A DNA stretch of 64,000 nucleotides, taken from contig OX597838.1 of NCBI GenBank assembly GCA_951406725.2, forward strand, positions 42,966,001 through 43,030,000, in the 5' to 3' direction. This DNA is from Octopus vulgaris (taxonomy: Eukaryota). A model generated the notes under the pieces. That model was not told the origin of the DNA. It did no database searches and worked only from the letters and a program-made list of their open reading frames with translations. Of the stretch, positions 24,802 to 35,454 are shown in pieces; position 1 is the stretch's first letter; each line of letters starts with the position of its first letter. The position numbers and the translations under genes are program-made.

Positions 24802-27800
24802 GACTTCATTGAAGACACTGCAGTCTTGAATCTCTTCTCTTTTCTGAAGATAGAAGTGATTTCAGAGATATTTGGAGAGATTTTCTTTTAAGCAGCAGTC
24901 TTTGTTTACAAGTGTTAGAAATCAGTGCAAGATGAAAGAAGACAAGGGGGAAATGTGTTTTGTTTTTTGTCCATTTTTACCATTCTGGCATGGAATGGAT
25001 TATTGATGCATTGGTTTGCAGCCAGATGCCCTTCTTGTCACTAATCTCTACTTGTTTTCAAGGAAGAGATCTTATGTTTGATATTTCTTCAAACGCCTGA
25101 AGCAAGAGGACAATTTTGTAACAGAAGAATAGATGAAACCACCAACCTCGCCCATCACTCAGAATGAGTGACCATTCAAGGAGGGCAAATGCAAACAAAC
25201 ATAGATTCACATCTACCTGTACACACACACACACATGCATGCATACACATATGTACAATGGGCTCCTTTCAGTTCCACCTAGCAAATTCATTCACAAGGC
25301 ATTGGTTGACCCCCCACGGACACTTGCTCAAGTTGCCACACTGTGGACTGAACTCAAAACCACAGGGTTGGGAGGCAGACCTGTTAGCAGCCAGCCACAC
25401 CTGCTCCTTCATATTTCAGCCACATTTGATGGTGGGTCTAAGTGACATCAGCAGATTTGAAAAGAACTGCTTTTTTTTTTTAAGTTCTAACATGAAATTC
25501 AGAGAGAACCTTCCAGAAGTTTATATAAGCCTTGAATTTTCAGTCTCATTTGAACTCCTTTCAGTTGGAATATGTTCGTCAGTCGTAGCCACATTCTGTT
25601 TTCCACTTCATTTCCCCTTCAGTCATTGGTCTTTGGATAAATTAACCCCAGGTCTTGGTTTGAAGTCTAGTACTCATCCTATCGATTTCTTTTGCCAAAA
25701 TGCTAAGTTATAGGGACGTAAACTAACCAACACCAGTTGTCAAGCACTTGGTAATAGGGTGGGTGGGGGTCAAATGCAAATACAAACACACACACGACAG
25801 GCTTCTTTCAGTTTTCATCTCGCAAATCCTCTTACAAGGTATTGATCAACCCAGACCTACAGTAGAAGACATTTGCCAAGGGTACAGTGGCACTGAACCC
25901 TAAACCATGTGATTAAGAAGCAAATATCCCACAGCCCTGCCTATAAGATGATCCCTCACAACCCTTTGTCGTGTTTCTTTTTCTCTCTCACAGCAACATG
26001 TCTTGCTTCTGTTGCTCTCTCAAGTATTAAACAAGATCTGAAAACTTCTTTCTCTCTTGTTTTCAACCAAGGCTTTCAAATTGGAAAAGGTTTTGTGATG
26101 TGTCACCAAGCTAGCACCAGGTTCTCCTGCATGGCCATCCTCATAATCATCGTCTTCCCCCCCACATCTACATCTACAGCTAGGTTGACTTATAAAATAT
26201 ATTCATTTGCCTATCAAACACACACATTCCTTTGAAAGGAACAACAGTTTCTTGCTGTGCAAATTTATCAGGCTGCCATGTTCCATAGTCACTGTGCATA
26301 ACGATCGACAGAATTAATTAAATAAATTCAATACTATAACATATTCCTTTCCATTCCTTTCGTCTCACCTTTGACATAATTCCCTTTGTTAAGAATCAAT
26401 GGTATTACCTTAACGATAATATTGCCCCTCCCAGCCAATTACTGGAAGAAAAACACTATTGAACCAAGTCACAAGTCTAAGATTCCTTGACTGGTTAACA
26501 AAGGTGAAAGAAATAAAAACAGCTAAAACTAAAACGGAGATTTACTTGCATAGCAAGTGACTTGATCTAAGATTGTGTGCTTGAATGAAAACAATTGCAG
26601 TGTGGAAGATGTTTATAAGCCATTTAAGAAACACACAAAATTCATTAGATTCACTTCAATATTTAGATTTAATTTGCCAAAATATTTTCATCGCTTTGAG
26701 ACCATGACCTGATCACTGACAAAATTCCGTGTTGATATCTGTTATGTCTAAGACATTGGTGTTTTTCCATAAATACACAGACAAAAGACAGCAATTCTCT
26801 GCAGTCACTGGAGCTAGGAATGGTGCACTGTTGGTAGAACTAATCAAAACATCCTTCTACAACACTTATTCATTCCTGTTTCAGCATTGCCAACAAAAAA
26901 TGTGATTCTGTCCTTTTTAATTATGGATCCTGTGGTTCTTCTTCACCCATGAATCAATACAAATTATGTTGGAAAGTGGACATTCACTCTTTAGCATTTA
27001 AACCAGCCATATCCAGCCCAAATATTCTGTTTTATGGTCAAAACAGCCTGATCCATCCTTTCACACCTACCCTTCAATGTCATTCTGAAGTTATAAAATC
27101 ACATCATTGAAATCTCAAAGCTACAAGAAATAGACAATTAATTCAAAATGATGAGAATTCATAAGTATTGAATTTTGACAGAGTAATCTGAACGATAAAT
27201 GGTTAAAAAAAAAAACAATACTATTTTTGATGATTTGATGTGGTTTAATTTATTATTCCTTTTCAACATCCTTTTTTGTTTTGTGTCAACATTCACTTTT
27301 CCATGTTTGCATGAAGTTTATTGGAACAGATTCTCTACAGCTGGGTCACCAACTCTCCCCTTCATTAAAGAGAACTTCCAGAACTATTGATGGCAGACAA
27401 CTTATTGACCTTAAATTCTTTATGTGTTGGCACAGCAATGTTGTGTAGTTTGAAGCAACCCTTACAATTTGTTTTGCTGGGTCTTTGCGAATGGCAAAAA
27501 AGAAAAGGGCAAAAGAAATGATGACTTTCAATTTAACCCAAAATCAAAGATTTTATGCAAATGTTTTCAGTGGAGAGGACTCCATTCAAGTCATCCAAAG
27601 ACCAAATCATGAATTAAATGTAGCTTCTTCTAATACTGGAAATTGTACGAGTGAACATGTTGTATATATCTAGATCTTAAAACTACTGCTTGTTAAAGGA
27701 GATCATTTTCTGACATGCCACCGTTTTTCAGGACTTTGTCTCTGAATATTTAGGCTTTTGGGAGATGCTTAGCATTTTAGTTAACAGAATGGTAGACTGT

Positions 27801-27974
27801 GAGTGGTATTCAACTGCACCAAAGAATTTCAGTTAAATGCATCAACCCCAGCCCTTGTTTTCTTTTTATACTTCGTACATATTACATCAGTTTCCTTTGC
27901 CAAACTGCTAAGTTACAGGGGACGTAAACACACCAGTCGTCAAGCAGTGGTGGGGGACAGAGACATACACACAC

Positions 27975-28020
<46 letters not shown>

Positions 28021-28023
<3 letters not shown>

Positions 28024-29707
28024 AACCTGGATACCAAACCATTAATCATTAATTAATGAGGTTAACATTTTCATTAACAATTTCACTTTTAAGTTAACTT
28101 TGGAAATCATTACCAGACTAATTAACTTCCGTTAATCAGTTGTTATCAATAAACCATTAATGTTAATTTTTATTATAGAAAAATAACAAAAAATCAGTTT
28201 TTACTCTAAAACCACCATTAAAAAGTGCCAAAACTATAAAATCAGCCTTTTTAAAGGCTTTAGAATTCAAAAAACTATGGGTTTTTTTTTTTTTTCTTTA
28301 GAGTTAAAAAAGGCTGATTTTGTAGTTTTAACTTTTAAATGACCTAAAACAGGCTGATTTCATAGTTTTGGTCCCTTTTTAGGTTTTTAAAGGCTTTTAG
28401 AGACAGAAAAGGGTAAAAAGTTTGCAATGTTCAAGAGGTACACATGCTTTCTGGACCCAGTAAGGTCACAGCACTGTGACAGCAGATAGCATCTATGCTG
28501 GGATGGAGAGGAGGCTGGTTGTCCCCAGTACGACGAGATGGAGCTCAACACCATCCTGGAGACTAAGAGGCCTGTTCTCCACAGAGTCATGACCCAGTTG
28601 AAGGTCAACAGCTTCAACGACCAGGATTTCAACTTAATGAAGGAATATGTCAAGGTAAGAAATTAATAATAAAATAATATTATATTATATTAGTACAATA
28701 TATATGTATATATTATATATAATATATTTCAGACTCAAGGACTTGAAGTCCAAAGACCTCGTCTACTGCTACCCCTTGGTCAGCACACTTTTGGCAGGCA
28801 CTGATAAAAGATTTAGGACCCTCCTAGAGGATGCAGAATGCCAGCTGGCTGCTGCCTTCCACCCCAGGTTTCGCTTCATCTGGTTTGGATAAGTACAACA
28901 GCACCAAGGTCGCCAATGTGAGGAAAAGCATGGAGGGTAAGGTTGAGGAGGAGGCAGCGAAGAGGAGGAAGATGGCTTCTTCAGTGATGTCACCAAAAGA
29001 GAGCAGCATGAGTCAGAGGTCACTCGAGGACAAGGCCCAGAATTTGGTCAAGACCTGGTTGGAGACCATCTCAAAGGTCTTGCTGACAGATGCTGCCTTC
29101 TTGGGTGAGCAAGTGTTGGTGGACTTTATTCATCAAGTGCAACATAGCCATCCCCTCCAGTGGAGTGTTCCCTTGAGGGCCAAGGGATCATCTCTGTCTG
29201 ATGAAAACTTTGACATGCTAATTTTCATGAAGGGCAACATGCATCTCATGAACAAAATGTAGAACAAGAGGAGGAAAAATCAAGTTATGTATATATTGTG
29301 TTTTTCCTCTTTTTAATCTTTATTTTTTTATGGCCACTTTATCAATAAACTTTTTTAGTTTAATACTAATATTATTTCATTTGAGTTTTTCTTTTACCCT
29401 TTTCTGGCTCTAAAAGCCCTTAAAATCCTTTAAAAAGAGGCCAAAACTATGAAATCAGCTTTTTTAGGTTTTTAAAAGTTAAAGCTATTAAGTTAAAATT
29501 TTTTAAAACTCTAAAGCAAAAAAAAAAAAAAAAAAAAAGTTTTGGGGTTCTAAAAGGCTAATTTTATAGTTTCAAAGGGGTTTTTTGGTGGTTTTAGAGC
29601 AAAAACTGATATTTTTTTTTTCTATAATAAAAATTAATGTTAACGGTTTATCAATAACTTCCATTACATTTTCAAAGAATTAACTAATTAACGGTGCCCA
29701 CCTTTGT
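28021..29707 (+). mobile_element. Internally deleted hAT-superfamily DNA transposon
   Basis: Transposase remnants RRLVVPSTTRWSS (~28510-28550), LAAAFHPRFR (~28845) and LRAKGSSLSDENFDMLIFMKGN (dimerisation domain, ~29175-29240). Imperfect termini (CAAACCTGGATA vs reverse-complemented CAAAGGTGGGCA) and long inverted subterminal regions (~28150-28330 vs ~29440-29660). Flanked by TA-rich sequence. Confidence 0.85.
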
Positions 29708-30169
29708 ATATATTATTTGTATACATATCGACTTCAAAGCTCCACGCTGGGAAATGGTATGATTTTAATATATTGAGCTTCTGGCCTCTTCTCGGGGCCC
29801 TGTTCTTTCCTCTTCCCTTCATTTAATTTATTTTACACATTTGTATTCACTCTGATGAAGCTCCATGTACTGGATCAAATGTCCTATGAAGATGATGAAT
29901 ATTATTTTCGAAATTCTTTTGTAAGCATTGACTGACATTGGAAGTGGAAACGGCTGCAAGAAATCTTATGTCCTGCTTTAAAGAATATTCTACAGATGGG
30001 GTCCAAATGGTTTGTTTGTTCATCAAAAGTTTTTTCTATTTTCTGATTATTTAATATATATATATATATACTGGAGTAAACACATAAATGTGAAACAAGG
30101 TGGAAAAAAGAGTACTCAAATACCAGAGGTAGAGTATTATGCTTTATTTAAAAGCAGCAGAAATTTAAC

Positions 30170-30216
30170 AAAAGCTGTTACTCGGAGTTTCACGTTCCTG
30201 TTCGTCAGACAGTTTT
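30170..30216 (-). ncRNA. Minimal type I hammerhead ribozyme motif
   Basis: Minus strand AAAACUGU-CUGACGA-AC(AGGAAC)GU-GAAAC UCCGA GUA/ACAGCUUUU. Stem I is CUGU/ACAG, the core is intact, and stem III is a near-palindromic minimal stem. Confidence 0.72.
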
Positions 30217-30589
30217 GAACTGTAACAGCTTTTGTTAAATTTCTGCTGCTTTTAAATAAAGTATATATATATATATATATATATATGCATACAGGATGTC
30301 ACCAACTGTGTAAACAACATGAAATACATATACAAACACGTTAAATGTATGTATCTCATGTTATTTACAGTTGGTGACGTCCTGTATCCATATATGCACA
30401 CACACAAGTATATATTATTTAATTGAATGCCACGCATCCAAGTAATTTCATATATAGATATACACTAGCAGAATTGCCCGGCGTTGCTCGGGGCTGAATT
30501 GCTTGAAAGTACTGTTAATGATTGCACTGAATTATGATGATTATTCAGGCAAATATTGATATAAGTTTACGGTGGGAGATAAGGACTTA

Positions 30590-31085
30590 ACGATCAAACG
30601 TGTGCCATTGCATTGTTTTGGGGGAACCAAATTTCTGATGAGCATTATAGGGGCACCAACTTTAAGTTTGAGAAAGTGTGGTGGTAGTCAGGGGTGCTCA
30701 AAGGAATTGAGTACCTCTATTGGATAGTTGATGACGTCCTCTGGGTCAGGAGTTGTATCGATAGACTGATATACATAGACTTCCCCAGGAATGAGTTTTA
30801 GCATTTCATCATTAATATGGTGAACAGTTTTATTCCTCAGGGCCAGTATAGCCTTTTTGCCAATCCAATCCATATTCTGATAATTAGCTTGTAGATCTGG
30901 GAACACTGCATCTCTGAGATCAGAAGGCGTCTTAACAATGGTACAAATGGAATCGATGGCAATATTACCATTTTCATCCCCTGGTATTTTGCCTTCGCCA
31001 AGTGCAAGGAGGGTGTGAGGAAATGCTGCTGATGTGATATTACATTGCATATAAGCACGCATATTGGTGTGAAGTTTGAGAGTTA
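30590..31085 (-). pseudogene. Helitron RepHel Pif1-helicase fragment
   Basis: NMRAY...LLALGEG...VFPDL...KAILALRNKTVHHIN...YQSIDT...[41 protein letters not shown] are canonical Helitron helicase motifs, with an in-frame stop. Confidence 0.9.
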
Positions 31086-31308
31086 CTTCCGTTTATTTTA
31101 AAAAATATGCATTAAAATGGAAAAAAATGATGGTAAATTATTTGTAAAATCATAGACTCATCGTAGACGCGTGCTAATACCCAGAAGGGCTCGATATGAA
31201 TCACGACTATAAGATACCCGGTTTTGGTTAAACTGCATCGCAAAAGTGGGAGTAGTTAGGAATCTAAATCGGAGTAGACAGACACACAACCTTTCTTTTA
31301 TATATAAA

Positions 31309-31795
31309 TATTTTCGTCCTAAAAAACTTTGTATGGATTGAATGGTTACCTCTATGGAAATATATACACGCACATTATACATACATGTGTGTATAGATGA
31401 ATATATAAATACATTTAAATATCTATATACACTTTTGGGCGATCTTTCTGTTTCTTAGAGATAACTTTAGATCTTATTTTCGTCCTAAAAAACTTTGTAT
31501 GGAGTGAATGGTTACCTCTATGGAAATATATACACACACGTTATACATACATGTGTGCATAGATGAATATATAAATACATTTATATATCTATATACACTT
31601 TTGGGCGATCTCTGTGCTACTTAGAGATAACTTTAGATCTTATTTTCGTCCTAAAAAACTTTGTGCGGAGTGAATGGTTACGTGTATGGAAATATATACA
31701 CACACATTATACATACATCTGTGTATAGATGAATATATAAATACATTTAAATATCTATATACACTTTTGGGCGATCTTTCTGCTACTTGGATATA
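31309..31795. repeat. 166-bp tandem repeat (~3 copies) inside the Helitron
   Basis: tattttcgtcctaaaaaactttgt recurs at 31309, 31475 and 31641. Confidence 0.92.
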
Positions 31796-32725
31796 GGGGC
31801 GATGTTTCGCTTGTTGTAGCACACGTTTCCGTCGATTTCCGTAAAAAATGTAAACACTGAATCGGCCATACATACATACATACATACATACACACACACA
31901 TACACACACACACACACATACATGCATACATACATATACACATAAACCGAGTAAAAAATTTCAGTTATCTCTCTCTTTCACACATTACTCTCTGTCTCTT
32001 CACACACACTAACAGAAGCACTTCACTTACACAACATACTGTCTGTTTCCCACACTCCATCAAACACACACACACACACACACATGTACATCAATGCGTC
32101 CCATGCACGGTAACTTCAAAAGAACTTCCCTCGTCATACAATCGCTTTCTCTTAGTCTCTTTCGCTCTCATTACTTATGTAAAAAAATAAAAGTTTTTAC
32201 GGAAATCGACGGAAGCCTGTGCTACGACAAGCGAAACATCGCCGATATAGGTCTTATATTCATCCTAAAATACTTTCCTGTCACACACTCACGCACACGC
32301 ACGCACACATGCACACACACACACACACGCACCCTCACACACACACACATGCACACACACACTCACACACACGCACGTTAGCTTACAATTTTATTTATAT
32401 ATTTGCGTGTCTATGTGTGTAAAGAGGAAGTGGCAGACTGAAAGAGTCACTCACTACAAAAGGTGAATTACTTTCATTTTATTTGTTGCACACTGTGTGT
32501 GTGCGTGTGGTGTAAACCACATTAAGAAAAGCATTTGACATACACACCAGAATGTGAGTTTTCTGTAAATTTTGCTTAATTGGAGTTTAAATTTTAAAAA
32601 GTGGACCTGGCAAAACCCGATGCATTCTACTCTTAAAAATGCTAAGTAAATTGTAATTGAAGAAATCCTATATTGTAGATTTCTATAACTGACAAAGGGA
32701 GGCAGATAAAATCTGCCTTTTATAA

Positions 32726-33911
32726 TCTCTTATTATAAAAAGCAGATTTTATCTGCCTCCCTTTGTCAGTTATAGAAATCTACAATATAGGATTTCTTCA
32801 ATTACAATTTACCTAGCATTTTTAAGAGTAGAATGCATCGGGTTTTGCCAGGTCCAGTTTTTAAAATTTAAACTCCAATTAAGCAAAATTTACAGAAAAC
32901 TCACATTCTGGTGTGTATGTCAAATGCTTTTCTTAGTCTGGTTTACAGCACACGCAAACGCACACACACAGTGTGCAACGAATAAAGTGAAACTAGATGT
33001 AATATTTGTTTCTGTCTATCACGCTGATAGATACATGAGTAAAATGTATGGCAAGCTAACAGATAAGAGTGAGTGAAAATGTTCTTGGAAGAGAGTAAAT
33101 AGCGACAGAGTGATTTGAGGAAGACTAAACTGAAACAGTGTTTATGTATGAAACAGTGTTTATGTATAAACAGACGACACTTATATAAACCCTTTCGTTA
33201 CCAAACCGCCCGAATTTACCTATTCATATTTAAATGAGAATATCAGAGTAAATCTCTTTAGTACATTCGTGAAAACACGTATTATACTTCGTAAACACTT
33301 CAAATACAGTTTTGTACAAAAATCGAAGTGTAATTTTAATTCCATGAATTATGGGAGATTTTTTTCCGAAATTTGTTCCTATTGTGTTTTCAAAATTTGT
33401 AATTCTGACAAAAAATGGATACGAATTTCATTATATCAAGCAGCGAGTCAGAATTCGAAGGATTTTCTACTGAAGACCTTCATAAATCTAACTCTATGAC
33501 TGAAAAAAAAAAGCATCTTTATATAAGAGTGAAGTTGTGTGTCTGTCTCCTACGATTTAGATTCGTAACTACTCCCACATTTTGCGGTGCAGTTTAACCA
33601 AAAGCGGGTATCTTATAGTCGTGATTCATATCGAGCCCTTCTGGGTATTAGCGCACGTCTACGATGAGTCTACGATTTTTAAAAAATTTACCATCATATT
33701 TTTCCATTTTAATGCATTTTTTCGCTTTTATATAAGGGAAGTAACTCTCTAAAAATATCTACGATGTGTCAACGATTTAAAAAAAAATTTACCTTAATTT
33801 TTTTTCAATTTTTAATGCATTTTTTTTGCTATTTTTTTGGCTATAACTCTCTAAAAATGCTTATATAGTTATTTCCCTTACAACCCGAGCAACGCCGGGC
33901 GATACTGCTAG
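32726..33911 (+). mobile_element. Non-autonomous composite Helitron nested in inverted orientation
   Basis: Starts A|TCTCTTATTATAAAAAGCAG and ends CCCGAGCAACGCCGGGCGATACTG-CTAG|T. Inserted between A and T with no TSD. The first ~250 bp is the reverse complement of ~32480-32725. Confidence 0.88.
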
Positions 33912-34281
33912 TAAGAGATACACACACGCATATGTATACGACAGCCTTCTTTCGGTTTCCGCCTGCCAAAAAGTTTTAGTCAACCCAAGGCTATAGTAGA
34001 AGACACTTGCCCAAATTTCCTCACAGTGGGACTGAACCTGGGACTGAGTGACAGGGAAGCAAACTTCTTACCACACATCCACGCCTGCCCCTACCTCTGT
34101 ACTCCATCCGTTTTAGATTGCATTCTAAATAAATACAGAAGTTCGTTCATAAAACCTTTCACTTCAACCTCGGATGGAGGTGTGCAAGTGCACACTTCAT
34201 GTACAATTGAAAGATTTGTCGATACGTGGTATTTTGTTATACAAACACAATATACCATAAAGTATATTAAATGTTTTAAAA

Positions 34282-34600
34282 AGTCAATCGTACGTTCTGT
34301 TGCGCTAGCAACGCTTTTTCATTATTTTCTACAGACATTCCATTAGAAATTGTAGCCAGCACTGATTTTGCTGCATCGTTTCGTATCGAGACATCAGATG
34401 TAAACAAACAATGAGATAAAAAACAAAGTGAGTAATTTTTATGCAGTTTTGTCCTCGATATCTCGTTGTTTGTTTCTATCTGACGTCTCGATACGAAACG
34501 TTGCAGCAAAAATCAGTGCTGGCTTCAATGATTTCCATAGAATAATATCTGTGGAAATTAACCTGAACGAAAGTATTAAACGTACAAACGAATCGACTCT
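34282..34600. repeat. Imperfect foldback / MITE-like inverted repeat
   Basis: Arms of ~95 bp (agccagcactgattttgctgcatcgtttcgtatcgagacatcagat vs atctgacgtctcgatacgaaacgttgcagcaaaaatcagtgctggct) around a ~40-nt spacer, with weaker outer pairing. Confidence 0.8.
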
Positions 34601-34833
34601 TGCCACCAGCACCACCGTTCATGGCTGGGTTCTTGTTGCATTCAAGATAACACAAACCCCGACAGCCTCCCCACCACCACCACCACCACCAACTATGTTA
34701 TCTCATTTAACTAAGAGGTCATCCAGTCGATCCTCCTCTTCGCCACAACGCGCGGCAACACTCTCATTTTCCTCTCTTGATTATTGTACCGCCACCACCA
34801 CCACTACTACTACGACTACTACTGCTGCAGCTG

Positions 34834-34864
<31 letters not shown>

Positions 34865-35112
34865 AGCTGTTGCTGTTTTCTCTGTCACCACTACTGCTCT
34901 GTCTGTGCGTGTGTGTGTAAACTTGGCTATGAGCTGGAAGTCTAGCAGTGTGGTTGATAAGTTTGTTTCCGACCAACACGGCTTCAAGTTCAGTCCCGTT
35001 GCATGGCACCTTAAGCATGGGTCTTCTACTGTGACCCCCAGGTTGGCCAAAGTCCTGTGAGTGAATTTGGTGGGTGGAAACTGAAAGAAGCCCATTATTC
35101 ATACACGCACAA

Positions 35113-35149
<37 letters not shown>

Positions 35150-35187
35150 CACATATCCATATACATATACATATATATATATGCATA

Positions 35188-35221
<34 letters not shown>

Positions 35222-35350
35222 GGTCCCGGGTTGAGTCGGGGTTAACCACAGTAAATAAGGTACTCTATACATAGCAGAGTGAATTAATTTATTTTATAGA
35301 AGGAGCTTCTACAGGACTAGAACTGTTTCATTCAAAAGAAATCATCAGGA

Positions 35351-35401
35351 AGCTTCCTGATGATTTCTTTTGAATGAAACAGTTCTAGTCCTGTAGAAGC
35401 T
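35351..35401 (+). ncRNA. Type I hammerhead ribozyme motif (identical copy on the minus strand at 35354-35304)
   Basis: AGCUUC-CUGAUGA-U[UUC UUUU GAA]U-GAAAC AG(UUCUAGUC)CU-GUA/GAAGCU. It has a 6-bp stem I, a conserved core, a short stem II with a U-U at its base, a stem III, and a GUA cleavage triplet at 35393-35395. Confidence 0.75.
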
Positions 35402-35412
35402 CCTTCTATAAA

Positions 35413-35454
<42 letters not shown>

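Larger units (their letters stand above)
30465..33918 (-). mobile_element. Non-autonomous Helitron (host element), interrupted 7 nt from its 5' end by a second Helitron
   Basis: Minus strand: 5' A|TCTCTTA at 33918-33912 continues as TTATAAAAGGCAG from 32725. The 3' hairpin CCCGAGCAACGCCGGG is followed by CTAG|T at 30468-30464. Contains a Pif1-helicase remnant. Confidence 0.88.

Noticed and set aside
27300-27830. Minus-strand peptide FFFAIRKDPAKQIVRVASNY resembling a Gypsy RT motif
   Set aside because: Similarity is too short and weak, with no supporting neighbouring motifs.
34428-35060. 210-aa ORF with poly-P/T/A
   Set aside because: Built from a foldback arm, trinucleotide microsatellites and a SINE head; no domain signal.
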